Of a stretch of 64,000 bases of DNA, positions 16,100 to 30,911 are shown in pieces. The notes beneath the pieces are model-generated. The model was not told the origin of the DNA. It saw only the letters and a program-made list of their open reading frames with translations, and did not search any database. The DNA lies in the NCBI RefSeq assembly GCF_009914755.1, contig NC_060925.1, one strand, 5' to 3'. A program made the position numbers and the translations under genes. The DNA comes from the human T2T-CHM13v2.0 reference genome, Homo sapiens. Numbering within the stretch: the stretch's first letter is position 1; every line of letters begins with the position of its first letter.

Positions 16100-18930
16100 C
16101 TTGCTGTGGGTATAACTTGCATTTCCCTTCAAATTACTAAACGTGTTGAGCATCTCTTACCATGTTCATTTGCTACTGCTGTTTCTTTCACGTGAAATAT
16201 GCTGTTCATGTCTTTGCCCGTTTTTCTAACCGGTTGTATGTCTTTTTCTTATTTACATAGTTCTTTATATCATTCATTCTAATCCTTCAAGTTATAAGCT
16301 GGCAAATACCTTCTCTTTGTCTTTCCACTCTATGCTGTCCAAGTACAGATGCTCTTGATTTTAACGCAGCTGAATTTAATCTTTTTAATGCAGCTGAATT
16401 CAATCTTTTCATTCCTATGTATGGCCTTTTGTGTCTTCTTTTTAAAATAAATTCTTCCCTACACTGAGATAAAGATATTTCTTCCCCACCACCTCAAGCT
16501 GTTATAGTTTAACTTTCACGTTTAGGTTGGTGTTTGTGTACGGTAAGAGGCAGGTATCCCAATTTCCTTTTTGTCTGCATGAGCACGAGCATCATCTATT
16601 GCACACACTCTCCTTTTCCCAAAGTTTTGCAAAGCTACTTCTTTCACGTGACAAATCCAAAATATGGATGGGTCTGTTTCTGGGCTCTCTATTATGTTTC
16701 ACTTGTTAACTTGTCTGTTTCTGTAGAAACAGCACTGACTTGGTTATGGCTTAATAACAACCCTTGGTATCTGATAGGGCAGGCCCCTGGCTCCTTACAG
16801 TTCTTCAGGAATGTCCTGGATATTCTTAGGCCTTTGCTCTTTGATATAAATTTGAGACTCAGCTTGACAAATTCCTCAAAAAAACCAGGTGGGTTTTTTT
16901 AATGGCATTGAATCTCTATCACCAATTTGGAGAGAAGGTACATCTTTTCTATACTGAGTCTTCTTTAAAGCCTTCTAACAAATTTTGTTAAGCTGCTCTT
17001 ATGAATGCATTGATTGTGGTATATTTTTTAAAATGGCTGATTCAGTTTGCTAATATTTTCTTTAAATTTTTACATATAAGTCATAGGTATCTTGGCCTCT
17101 AATTTCCCTGTTTCATATACTGTCTGCTTTTGGTGTTATAATGATCTCCTAGAAAGGATAGGACAGTGTACTTCTACACTCTGGAAATGTTTGTACATCT
17201 GTTCTTTAATCATTTGCAAGAACCATCTGGGGCTAACGTTTTGTTTATGAGAAAATTTTAAATTACTGACCCAATCTCTTCAATTGCTTAGGTACTATAA
17301 GCTGTTGCTTCTTCATTCAGTCCCAGTAAGTTATATTTTTCTAGAAATTCACCTACTTTGTCTGTTTTCAAATTTATTGGCATTAATGATTCATATTATT
17401 TTATTAGTTTTTTAAAAGTCCTTATGTGCCTATTTATAACTGAACATGATTTATTTACATCTCATTTCTCTTTTTTCTTCATCAATCTTTCCAGAGGCTT
17501 GTCTTTTCCAACAGTTTCTGGCTTTGTTGATCCTGTTACTGCATCTTTGCTATATATTCTTTATTATCTCCTTCCTCCTACCTTCTTCGAGATTATTCCA
17601 TTTTCTCTCCCCTAACTTAGCACATTAATTTTCAGACTTAATTCTTTTCTAATAAAAGCTTTCAGACTATAAAATTCATACAAGTTCCATCTTAGAAATA
17701 TTCCATAAGTTTTAATGTTTTCAAGTCAACGTGTCCTTGAATTTCCACTTACGATTTCCTTTGACCCATAAGTTGAGAAGTGTATATCACACTTTAAAAT
17801 ATTGGCATTTTTATAATTTATGTCTGTAATTAACTTCTATTTTAATGCATAGTGGTCAGAGAAAGCAGTTCTTGTGATACCAGTTCTTTGAAATGTGTTG
17901 AACCTGGCTTTATGGCCTACTATGAAATCAATTTTTATACATGTTCCATAAATACCTAAGAAAAAATATTTTTTCTAATTTTTTGATGCTAGGTCCTATT
18001 ACATGCCCATTAAATCAAGCTTATGTATTTAGAAGTTTTTGTCTTCACTAAAGTTTTTCTCTGCTTGACCTATCAAATACAGGAAGAATTGTGTTAAAAT
18101 CTCTCACCACTATGATGGATTTGCCAATTAATCCCCAGAATTTTATCAACCAGCTTAAAAATTGTATATCCTCATACTGAATTTTAAAATGTAGTGACAC
18201 TCTATTTTTATTAATGTTTTTACTATATAATCTATTATTAATAGATTATTAATAATAATTAACAGTTGATATTAACATAGCTACCCCAGCTTTTTTTCAG
18301 TAAGACTTTTATTTTGCTTGTTCTTTCATCTGACAATCTCTGCCTTCTGATGAAATTTACATTAATTTTTATTAATTGAAGACTAAACTGAGAAAGTCCT
18401 AACTGATCAGAAGGTGATTATCTTCTAACTTACTCGTCACCCACCTCAAACCCCCAGGGAAACAGGATAAGAACTCTATTTAGGCTGCCCCATTTGAGAA
18501 TGGGGATGAAGGGAAATCATGCCCCAACATTACTGCAGGGCACATTTTAGTGGAGTTTTACTGTACTTGAATTTATTTCTCACATCTTACCTATTGCTTT
18601 CTAATTATCTCATTCTTTCTATGTTTTTCCCTCTTCTCTCTACTCTTCATTGGATTGTTTCAATCTTATGTTTATGTATTTATTTTCTTATTCCATTTCT
18701 TTCCCCCCTGATTTGGAAGTTATATACTCAACTACTACAGTTTCAATGGTTTACCTTGAAATTTTACCACATATATATAACAAAGTCTAAAGTTAATGTC
18801 TGACCCCATCATCCTAAATAAGGTAAGAATTTTAGAACAGTTTAATACAAATCATCCCCTTCCCTCCTAACTTACATACTATTATTGTCTAGTATTGTAG
18901 TTGTCCTTTTTCTTAGAACCCACAAATGGG
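16100..18930 (-). mobile_element. Highly diverged old L1 (L1M/L1ME-type) fragments
   Basis: T-rich tract with degenerate ORF2 motifs (gcattgaatct, ttcagtttgctaatattt, tgtgttaaaatctctcac). Boundaries approximate. Confidence 0.6.
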
Positions 18931-19849
18931 TCATTATTATCATATTCATGGATGTTTCCAACAGACTGCTGAAATAATCCATAGGCCACTAGCTAAGAGG
19001 TGGCCCACTATGGTCTAGAGAGTACCAAGAAACACTGTGTGACCCATTCCCCATATATGCTGCCTCCAGGGCTGTATATGTCCTTTCCCCTACCTACCTT
19101 CCACTCACCCTTTTCAGTAGCATAATTCTACTCATTCTTTAACATATTCTTCAATATTTTCTGAGAGTCCATTATTGCAACGTGGTGGACATAGAACTGT
19201 TAACCAGATACACATGGTCTGTGCCCTCAGTGGGAACAACAGGCATGGCACTAAACAAAAGCAAGCAATACTCAATATTCATTGAGCATTTGCCAGGCAT
19301 TGTTCTAAGTATTTCACATGTTAACTCATTTAATCCTTAAAACAAGCCCATGTATTTACTATACTCTCCATTTTACAGACAAAGAGAGGCTAAGAATTTT
19401 GTTATAGTCACAAGACTAGTAAGTAGAGTAGAATTAAGAGTTTCAACCCAGGCATTCTAACTCCAAACTGTACTCCTAACCACTGAGCTATACAAACAAG
19501 TCAAGGATTACAAACCATAAGTGCCATGAAGCACAGAAACAAATTGCATAGTCAAAGAATAACTGGAGTGAAGGGTTCCAAGCTTCTGAACAATTCTGGA
19601 GAAAGAAATGTAAAGATATGAAAATGAGAGTAAACAGGGGAAATGAGATGGAGACAAAAGCCTAAAAGAAAAATGAGAGCAGAAGATAATTATGACATAT
19701 GTGAAACACATGTTTCAGAGGGAATGCCTGCTTCAGCTACTTCATATCTACAGCTTCTACTGAACAGGTGTAAGTAGGAGGCTATATTTCAACTCAGTGA
19801 CTCCTCTCTTACACCCTGATGACCCAGTCACAGCTGTTTCAATCAACAC

Positions 19850-20232
19850 TGTGTTAGTCTGTTTTGTGTTGTTTTAAACGAACACCTGAGACTCGGTAAT
19901 TTATAAAGAAAAGAGGCTTATTTGGCTCACAGTTCTACAGACTGTACAAGCATGGCACCAACATCTGCTCAGTTTCTGGTGAGACCTCAGGAAGCTTTTA
20001 CTCATGGCTGAAGAAAAAAGGTGAGCAAGTGTGTCAGATGGTGAGAGAAGGACAAGAGAAATGAGATGCCAGGCTCTTATCAACAACCAGCTTTCATGAA
20101 CTAATAGAGTTCACTTATTACCAAGCCATTAATGAAGGATCCACTCTCGTGACCCAAGTAGTCCCTACTTCCAACACTGGAGGTCATATTTCAACATGAG
20201 ATTTGGAGGGGACAAATATCCAAACCATATTA
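19850..20232 (-). mobile_element. MST-type MaLR solo LTR
   Basis: tgtgttagtctg...aatttataaagaaaagagg...tttggctcacagttct...gagatttggaggggacaaatatccaaaccatat. Confidence 0.82.
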
Positions 20233-20625
20233 AGCACCATTCAGATGTTTTTCCCATGAATTCAAGTTTGGGACACAAAGAGACAGTGAAATGGAAGAAA
20301 ACAAGCTGACATTTGGAGTGACATGAGTAACACTAATGGCTTAGCACTTGAGGGAAGGTCCATGATGGTTATATAACTACAGGAAACTCTGGTCACATTC
20401 TGCCTTTAAAAATTGTTTCTAACACTTTTACTGAAGAAGTATAAACACTAGTAATAATAATAATAATAATAACAATATCCCAAAAGTACAAAAAAAGTCA
20501 CTAGCCATGAAAGAAATATAAATCAAAGCCATGAGATATCACTTCATACCAATTATATATTAGTCAGGGTTATCTAGAGAAGCAGAAACAATGGATGGTT
20601 AAAATCAAAAGAAATCAAAAGACAG

Positions 20626-23250
20626 TTCAGATATGGTGGCTCATGCCTGTAATCCCAGCACTTTGGTAGGGCAAGGTGGGTGGATTGCTTGAGCCCAGGA
20701 TTTCGATACCAGCCTAGATGATATGGTTTGGCTGTGTCCCCACCCAAATCTCATCTTGAGTTGTAGTTCCCATAATTTCCATGTGTCACGGGAGACAGCT
20801 GGTGGGAGGTAATTGAATTATGGGGGGTGGTCAACCCCATGCTGCTGTTCTCATGATAGTGAGTGAGTTCTCACGAGATATGATGGTTTTATAGGGCTTT
20901 TCCCTCTTTGCTCAGCACTTCTTCTTCCTGCCACCATGTGAAGGACATGTTTGCTTCCCTTTCTGCTATGGCTGTAAGTTATCTGAGGCCTCCCCAGCCA
21001 CGCGAAACTGTGAGTCAATTAAACCTCTTTCCTTTATAAAATACCCATTCTCAGGTGGTTCTTTATAGCAGCGTGAGAATGAACTAATACAGTAAATTGG
21101 TACTAGGAGTTGGGTGCTACTATAAGGATACCCAAAAATATGGAACTGACTTTGGAACTGGGTAACAGGCAGAGGTTGGAACAGTTAGGAAGGTTCAGAA
21201 GAAGACTGGGAAAGTTTGGAACTTCTTAAAAATTTGGAGAGCTCAGAAGACAAAAAGAGGTGGGAAAGTTTGTAAGTTCCCAGAGACTTGTTGAATTGCT
21301 TTGACCAAAATGCTGATAGTAATATGGGCAATGAAGTCCAGGCTGAGATGATCTCAGATGGAGATGAGGAACTTGTTGGGAACTGGAGCAAAGATGACTC
21401 TTGTTATGCTATAGCAAAGAGACTGGTGGCTTTTTGCCCCTGCCCTAGAGATCTGTGGAACTTTGAACCTAAGAGAGATGATTTGGGGTATCAGGCAGAA
21501 GAAATTTCTAAGTGGCAAAGCATTCCACAGGAAGCAGAGGACAAAAGTTTGTCAAATTTGCACCCTGATGATGTGACAGAAAAGAAAAATCTATTTTCTG
21601 AGGAAAAAATTCAAGCCAGCTGCAGAAATCTGCATAAGAAACAAGGAGTGAAATGTTAATCACTAAGACAATGGGGAAAATGCCTCCAGGGCACTTCAGA
21701 GGTCTTCAGGAAGGGCCCTCCCATCATAGGCCCAGAGGCCCAGGAGGAAAAAATGGTTTCCTGGGCCAGGCCCAGGGCCTTGCTGCTTTGTGCAGTCTCA
21801 GGACTTGGTGCCCTGCATCCCAGCCATGGCTAAAAGGAGCCAAGGTACAGCTCAGGCCATGGCTTCAGAAGGTGCAAGCCCCAAGCCCTGGCAGCTTCCA
21901 CAAGGTGTTGAGTCTGCGGGCACACAGAAGATAAGAATTAAGGTTTGAGATCCTCTGCCTAGATTTCAGAGGATGTATGGAAATGCCTGGATGTCCAGAC
22001 AGAAGTTTGCTGCAGGGGTGGAGCCCTTGAGGAGAACCTCCGCTAGGGCAGTGCAAAAGGGAAATGTGGGGTTGGAGCCTTCACACAGAGTCCCCACTGG
22101 AGCACTGCCTAGTGGAGCTGTGAAAAGAGGGCCACCATTCTCCAGTACCCAGAATAGTAGATCCACCGACAGCTTGCACCATGCACCTGGAAAAGCCACA
22201 GACACTCAACGCCAGCCTGTGAAAAGAGCCAGAAGGGGGTCTGTACCCTGAAAAGCCACAGGAGTGCAGATGCCCAAGGCCATGGGAGCCCACTTCTTGC
22301 ATTAGCATGAACTGGATGTGTGATGTGGAGTCAAAGGAGATCATTTTGGAGCTTTAAGATTTGACTATTCCACTAGATTTCGGACTTACTTGGGGCCTGT
22401 AGCCCCTTCATTTTGGCCAATTTCTCCCATTTGGAACAAGTATATTTAATCAATGCCTGTACCCTCATTGTATCTAGGAAGTATAATAACTACCTTGCTT
22501 TTGATTTTACAGGCTTATAGGCAGAAGGGACTTGCCTTGTCTCTGATGAAACCTTGGACTTTTAGGTTAACGCTGGAATGAGTTAAGACGCTGAGGGACT
22601 GCTGGAAAGGCATTATTGTGTTTTGCAATGTGAGAACATGGGATTTGGGAGGGACCAGGGCAAAAATGATATGGTTTGGCTGTGTCCTCACCCAAATCTC
22701 ATTTTGAATTATAGTTCCAATAATCCCCACATGTCACAGGAGGGACCCAGTGGGAGGTAATTGAATCATGGAGGAGGCTACCCTCATTCTGATGTTCTCA
22801 TGATAGTGAGTAACTTCTCATGAGATCTGATTATTTTATAAGGGTTTTTTTCCCTCTTTGCTAGGCACTGCTCTTCCTGCCATCATGTGAAGAAGGACGT
22901 GTTTGCTTCCCCTTCCACCATGATTGTAAGTTTCCTGAGGGCTCCTCAGCCAAGCAAAAGTGAGTCAATTAAACCTCTTTCCTTTATAAATTACCCAGTC
23001 TCAGGCAGTTCTTTATAGCAGCATGAGAATGGACTAATACACCAGGCAACATGGCAAAACCACATCTCTACAAAAAATATAAAAATTAGCCAGGCATTGT
23101 GGTACAATGCCTGTAGTCCCAGGTACTCAGGAGGTGAGAGGATCAATTGAGCCAGGGAAGTTGAGGCTGCAATGAGCCATGATTGTGCCATTGCACTCCA
23201 GATGGGATGACAGAGCAAGACCCTTTCTCAAAAAAAAAATAAAAATCAAA
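20626..23250 (+). mobile_element. AluJ split in two by THE1 insertion (parts about 20626-20718 and 23042-23250)
   Basis: The left part ends ...gataccagcctaga and resumes ccaggcaacatggcaaaacc after the THE1. Flanked by a degenerate TSD aaatcaaaagacag/aaatgaaaagacag. Confidence 0.85.
20719..23041 (+). mobile_element. Complete THE1 (THE1C/D-like) MaLR element: LTR 20719-21091, internal 21092-22666, LTR 22667-23041
   Basis: Both LTRs run TGATATGGTTTGGCTGTGTCC...ACTAATACA. Typical THE1-int with a purine-rich tract before the 3' LTR; degenerate 5-bp TSD ctaga/ccagg. Confidence 0.93.
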
Positions 23251-25422
23251 AAATGAAAAGACAGACAGTAATGAGTATTCATATAGCTATGGAGAAACTG
23301 AAACCTTCATTCATTGCTGCTGGGATTATAAAATGGTGCAGCCACTTTAGAAACAATTTGGAAGTTCTTCAAAATATTAAAGATATTTAATTAAATATTA
23401 AAGAATCTCTAGACAGGCTGACTGTTGAAGGGCATTCTCAGACAAAGCCAGTCTGCAAAGACTGAAATAAGTGCCTACTTCTTCAAATGCACAGATGTAA
23501 ACACAAGGCCACAAACATCAACAACAATCAGGAACAAATGACACCACTAAAGAAACAAAATAAAGTACCAGCGACCATCCCTAAAGAAACAGAGATGTAT
23601 GAACTGACATAGAATTCAAAGAAAGCTCAGCAAACTTCAAGAAAATACAAAGAAACAATTCAATGAAATTAGGAAAATAACGAGTGACCACAAAGAGAAA
23701 GGTAATAAAGAGATGAAATAATAAAAGAAAAAATCAAACAGAAATCATGGGGCTGAAAAATACAATGAACAAAATTAAAATGCAATATGGGAGCATCAAC
23801 TGCAGAAGTGATCAAGAAGAAGAAAGAAACTATGAACTCAAAGACAGGTTATTTGAAAATACACAGAGGAGAAAAAAGAATGAAAATGAATGAAGAAAGC
23901 TTACAAGATTTATGGAACAGCATCAAAAGAGCAAAGTTTTGAGTCACAGGAGTTGAAGAAGGAGAAAAGGAAGATAAAAGGGGTAAAAAGCTTAATTAAA
24001 GAAACAGTAACAGAAAATTTTCCAAACCTGGAGAAAGAGGTAAATATCTACATGCAGGAAAAGTCCAAGGTCTCTAATCAGATTCAATCCAAACAAGACT
24101 ACCCCAAGACATATTACAATCAAACTATCAAAAATCAAAGACAATGAGAGGATCCTGAAAACAGCAAAAGATAAGAAGCAAATAACATATAAGACAGTCC
24201 CAATATGGTTGGAAACAGACTGGTCAGCAGAGACCTAACAGGTCAGGAGAGAAAGGGATGATATATTTAAAGCGTTCAAGGAGAAAAATACCAACCAAGG
24301 GTAATGTACCCAGCAAAGTGTCCTTCAGAAATGAAGGAGAGATACTTTCCCAGACAAACAATAGCTGAGGGAGATAATCATGACCGCACCTATTTTATAA
24401 GAAACGTAAAAGGAGCTCCTCAAGCTGAAAGAAAAAGATGCTAATGAGTAACACAAAAACATCTGAAAGTATAAAACTGGCTGATAAAAGAAAGTACACA
24501 GGTAAATTCAAAATAATACTGTAATGATGGTATGCAAATCACTTACATCTGTAGTAGGAAAGAGAAAACTATTAAAAGTAATAATAGCTACAATAATTTA
24601 AGGGATACACAATATGAAAAGAGGTAAACTGTGACATCAAAAATTCAAAATTTCAGGGGATTAAGTAAAAGTGTAGATTTTTTTGTTTTGGGGGGTTTTT
24701 GCAATAAAAATTAAGTTATCAAGTTAAAATAAACTATTATAACTCTTAAGATGTTTTTTGTAACCTCTTGGTAACCACAAACCAAAAACCAATAGGAGAT
24801 ACACAAAAAATAAAAAGCAAGAAATCAAAACATACCACTAGAGAAAATCACTTAACCACAAAAAAAAGACAGCAAGAGAGGAAGAAAAGAATAAAGGATC
24901 TATAAAAGAACCATGAAACAATAAGCAAAATGGTAGTACAAAGTCCTTACTTATCAATAATTACCTTGAACATGAATGGATTAAATTATCCAATCAAAAA
25001 ACACAGTGTCTGAGTGGATTAAAAAAACTAGATCCAACTATATGCTGCCCATGACAGACTCATTTCATCTGTAAAAATACACACAGACTGATGGTGAAGG
25101 AATGGAAAAAGATATTCCATGGAAACAGAAACCAAAGGAGAGCAGGAGTAACTTTACTTGTATCATATAAAACAAACTTTAAGTCAGAAGTTGTAAAGGA
25201 GAAACAAAGTTCCTATATAATGATAAAAGGGTCAATTCAATAAGAGGATATAATAGTAAGTTATATGAAGGTACTTTTACTCCACTCCTCCCATTTTAAA
25301 TTTTCAGTGTCACAATTTATATATTTTATATTGCATATCCCTTAATAAGTTATGTAGCTATTGTTTTTTATAAATATATATGAACCCAACATCAGAGCAC
25401 CTAAAGATAAATACCAAACATT

Positions 25423-25745
25423 GGCCAGGGGTGGTGGCTCACACCTGTAATCCCAGCACTTTGGGAGGCCAAGGCGGGTGGATCATGAAGTCAAGAGATC
25501 AAGACCATCCTGGCCAACATGGTGAAACCCCGTCTTTACTAAAAATACAAAAATTAGCTGGGCGTGGTGGCATGCGCCTGTAGTCCCAGCGACTCGGGAG
25601 GCTGAGGCAGGAGAATCGCTTGAACCGTGAGACGGGGGCTGCAGTGAGCCGAGACCCTGCCACTGCACTCCAGCCTGGTGACAGAGTGAGACTCCGTCTC
25701 AAAAACAACAACAACAACAACAACAACAAATAAAATAAAATAAAA
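25423..25745 (+). mobile_element. AluSc-like
   Basis: ggatcatgaagtcaagagatcaagaccatcctggccaacatgg; (CAA)n/(TAAAA)n tail. Confidence 0.88.
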
Positions 25746-26072
25746 ACCATTAATACGTCTGAAAGGAGAGAGAGACTGCAATACAGCAATAGTAGGGGAC
25801 TTCAACACCCTACCTTCAGCAATAGACAAATCATCTCAACAGAAAATCAGTAAGAAACATCAGACTTAAACTATACTCTAGAACAAATGGACAGATCAGA
25901 CATAAAACATTTCACCTAATGGCAAGAGAATACACATTCTTCTCAACTGCACATGGAACATGCACCAGGGGATATCATATGTTAGGCCACAAAACAAGTC
26001 TTAACAAATTTAAGCAGAATGAAATCATATCAAGTTTCTTTTCCGACCACAATAATAAAAAACTAGAAATCA

Positions 26073-26376
<304 letters not shown>

Positions 26377-27621
26377 TCAGTAACAGAGGTGCTTCAGCAA
26401 ATTCACAAATACATGGAAATTAAACAACATGCTCCTGAATGATCAGTGGGTCAATGAAGAAACTGAAAGCAAAATTCAAAAATTTCCTGAGATGAAAAAA
26501 AATGGAAACACATAATACCAAAACCCATGGAACACAGTAAAAGCAATTTTAAGAGCAAAGTTTATGGCAGTAAATGCCTACATAAAAACAAAAAACCTCA
26601 AATAAACAACCAAAAAACCCCAATAGACATTTTTCAAAGACATACAAATGGCCAAAAAGTACAAAAAAAAAAAAAAAGCTCGATATCACTAATTACCACA
26701 GAAATGCAAATAAAAGCCACAATGAGATATCACCTCATACTACACTTAGAATGACTATTACCAAAGAGACAAAAGATAACAAGTGTTGGCAAGTATGTAG
26801 AGAAAAGGGAACTTTTGCACCCTGTTGGTGAGGAGTTAAACTAATACAGCCATTATGGAAAGCAGTATGGAGTTCCTTTAAAAATTAAATATAGAACTAC
26901 CATATGATCCTGCAATCCCACCACTGTATGTATGTGTGTGTATACATATATATATACACATATATAAAATGAAATCAATATGTCAAAGAGCCATGTGCAT
27001 TCCCATGTTCATTATAGCACTATTCACGATAGCCAAGATACGGAATCAACCTAAGTGTCCACCAATGCATGAAGAGAGAAAATGTGCTATATATATACAA
27101 TAGAAAACTATTCGGCCATTAAAAAAAGAAGGAAATCCTGTTATCTGTAACAATATGAATGAAATAAGCCAGGTAAAGACAAATAAATACTGCATGATCT
27201 CACTCATGTGGAATCAGAAAAAGTTAATCTCATAGAAGCAGAGAGCAGAATACTTTGGGAGTCGGGTATGGTTTGTGTTAAAGGACACACAATTTCAGCT
27301 TGACATGAGGAATAAGTTCAAGAGCTCCACTATACAACATGAAGACTACAATTAATAATAATATATTATATTCTTGAAAAATACTAAGAGAATGGATGTA
27401 AAGTGTTCTCACCACAGAAATCATTAAGTATGAGATGTATCATGTTAATTAGCTAGACTTAGTCACTCCACAATGTACATATACTTCAAAACATCATGTT
27501 GTACATGATAAATACATGTAATTCTGTCAATTTAAAAATAAATAAATGTTTTAAGTCACTGAATTGTATACTTTAGAAAAGTGAATTTATGGCATGTGAA
27601 TTACATCTCAGTAAAGCTGCT

Positions 27622-27933
<312 letters not shown>

Positions 27934-27988
27934 TTATATTAAAAATTGTGTAGCTACTTTTAAATATCCAACCCTCTGCATTATCCTT

Positions 27989-28153
27989 TGCTATGGACTG
28001 AGCTGTGTCCCTCCCAAATCCAAATGTTGAGGCCCTAACCCACCGTGTGATTATATCTGGAGATAGCATCTTTAGGGGGTAAAGTCAAATAAAGTCATAA
28101 GAATGGAACCCTGATCCAACAGGACTATGGCCTTATAATAGAAAGCAAGAGAA

Positions 28154-28208
<55 letters not shown>

Positions 28209-28387
28209 ATATGACAATACAGTGAGAAGGGGTCTATCTGCAAGCCAGAAAGAGAGCCCTCACTACAACCCAACCATGCTGGCACTCTCATCTTAAACTT
28301 CCAGCTCCCAGACCTGTGAAAAACTAAATTTCCATTGTTTAATGCATCCAGCCTATGGTATTTTGTCATGGCAGCTAAGCTAATACT
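27989..28387 (+). mobile_element. MLT1A/B-like MaLR LTR containing (TC)n at 28157-28204
   Basis: tgctatggactgagctgtgtccctcccaaat...atggtattttgtcatggcagc...taatac. Confidence 0.8.
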
Positions 28388-29477
28388 TCTTAGTCTATTC
28401 TGAAGCTTGGGCTTAGAATTTGCATTATTCCTAAAGCTATCAAAGAAAATATAGGAATATGATTTCTGGCCTAACAGCCAGGGAAAAGCCCTCACTTTCC
28501 TATAAGAATATTACTTTAGAAGCAGAATATTATATGCTCTATATCTCACTGTCCAAATTCTGTTTATCTTCTTTTCATGTTTTAGGTTTTCATTTCCTCA
28601 GGAAAGCCCTTCTCATCTAGTACTAACAAAAGTCATTACGTGCTCAGCCTTGAGACTTTGAGCCTTCCTCTTGAGCAGCTGTTTGTAAAAGAAATTATGA
28701 AGAGAGAGAAAGGATGAAAATGCTATTGGCACAGATATAAAATGAGATAAATTCAATAACAAAGCCATTTAGAAAGATTTTTAGACAATGTGAGGACTGA
28801 AAATATTCACAACAATATTAATACAATATAATTGTCCTTTCTGTTTTACGTTATCATAAAAAATCAGTTCCTGCCCTGTGTTTATAGCAACAGAGTATTT
28901 GAGAGCACCTGGGCTGCAGAGATTACTGCTCTATCCCATGAAACAAAACATTAAGAGTATAAAAGTCTGACTTAAATAGTCAAACTGATTGCCCCAGACA
29001 ATAAGGTTCAAATTTGCATTTCTGTTTTCTGAAAGTTTAAACAGGTATTTCTTTGTTAGCTTGGAGAGCTTAGTAATTTCCCTTTTTTCCAGTCACATCT
29101 AGGTTAAATAATGTGATGAATCTGCTAGTCTTCTTAGTTTGAATCAATGAGTTTTACTGTCACATTAGAAATCAAATGGAGAAAAAGCAACACCAAAACT
29201 CTTCAGCTCCTCATCTATGGAGTTAAAACCTTACTTCCTGCCATTCCACTATCCTTTGAGGCCTTGAAAGAAAGAGTCCAGTCTGAGCTTACACTTCCCA
29301 TTCTTACACTTTAGATAAATGTACACATACAAAATGAATGGGAGGAAAAAAGACAAAAAGATCTTGGATATACATAATGAAGACTAGGGAGGTGTTTTAA
29401 AGCCACACTTACAAACACAGAGTTCTAATGCAGAATATTAAAGTGAAAGTCAATTGTTGACCAACATGAAGAGCTTA

Positions 29478-29624
<147 letters not shown>

Positions 29625-30088
29625 TTATGAATTTCAAATCTCTCATTTAAGAGAAAGCTTTAAACTGATTAAGGCAAAATTGTGCATGTAGGTGAGTTAT
29701 AGACTTGCTTAAATGCCTATCCCAACATCAATACTAAAAATGTAACAAATACATTAAAAAATAAATACACATTTTTTAAAATTCAGTAATTGTAACAGCC
29801 TTATAGATAAATAATATTCCTCCAAAGAGACTGACTTCACAAGTGGCCTTACCAAGTAATGTAATTAAGAAGTAGCAGAACTAAAATCCAAATCAAGATA
29901 TTCTAACTCCAAGATAAATTCAATTAAAGTAGGATCTATTCATTTTAAAAGTACCTATTTCTACATTTTTAATAAATTACTAGACATTTACTATGCAAAA
30001 CATCATATATGACTGAGTTAAAGAGAAGTAGTAAATGAGGAAATAGAGCTAAAGCACAGACTATTCTTTTAAAAATCTGGCAGTAAAA

Positions 30089-30498
<410 letters not shown>

Positions 30499-30911
30499 TC
30501 AGAAGACAGGAAGAGAAAATAGAAAATAAAATAGAAGCAATAAATGTAAGCACTGCTGTATTTCCTTCTAGCAGCTCACAGGCTCATGAGAATCCTAAGA
30601 CTACTGTACATGAAAAAGAATGAAACAAAACAAAGTAAGAGAGGGTCTGGTGCTGAAGCAGCATAAACAGCTGACTTCTCCAGAAAAAGAGGAAGACCAA
30701 AATTACTGTTAGTGGTGAAAGGATAGACTTTCTTGGAGAAAGGACCCTGGAGAGATGACAGGATTCTGAGAGAATCCTCCTGGGGAGAGGGAAGGAGCAG
30801 CATGAGAATCTGGACCATGTAAGGACAGTGAGAGGCAGCATCTGTTAGTAAAGAAATTATGCAAATACCCTTCTGAATATTCTCCTTTAGAAATGCACTC
30901 TTAAAGAGATA

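Noticed and set aside
21185-22344. Cluster of 60-120 aa ORFs
   Set aside because: Fragments of the degenerate THE1/MaLR internal ORF, not host genes.
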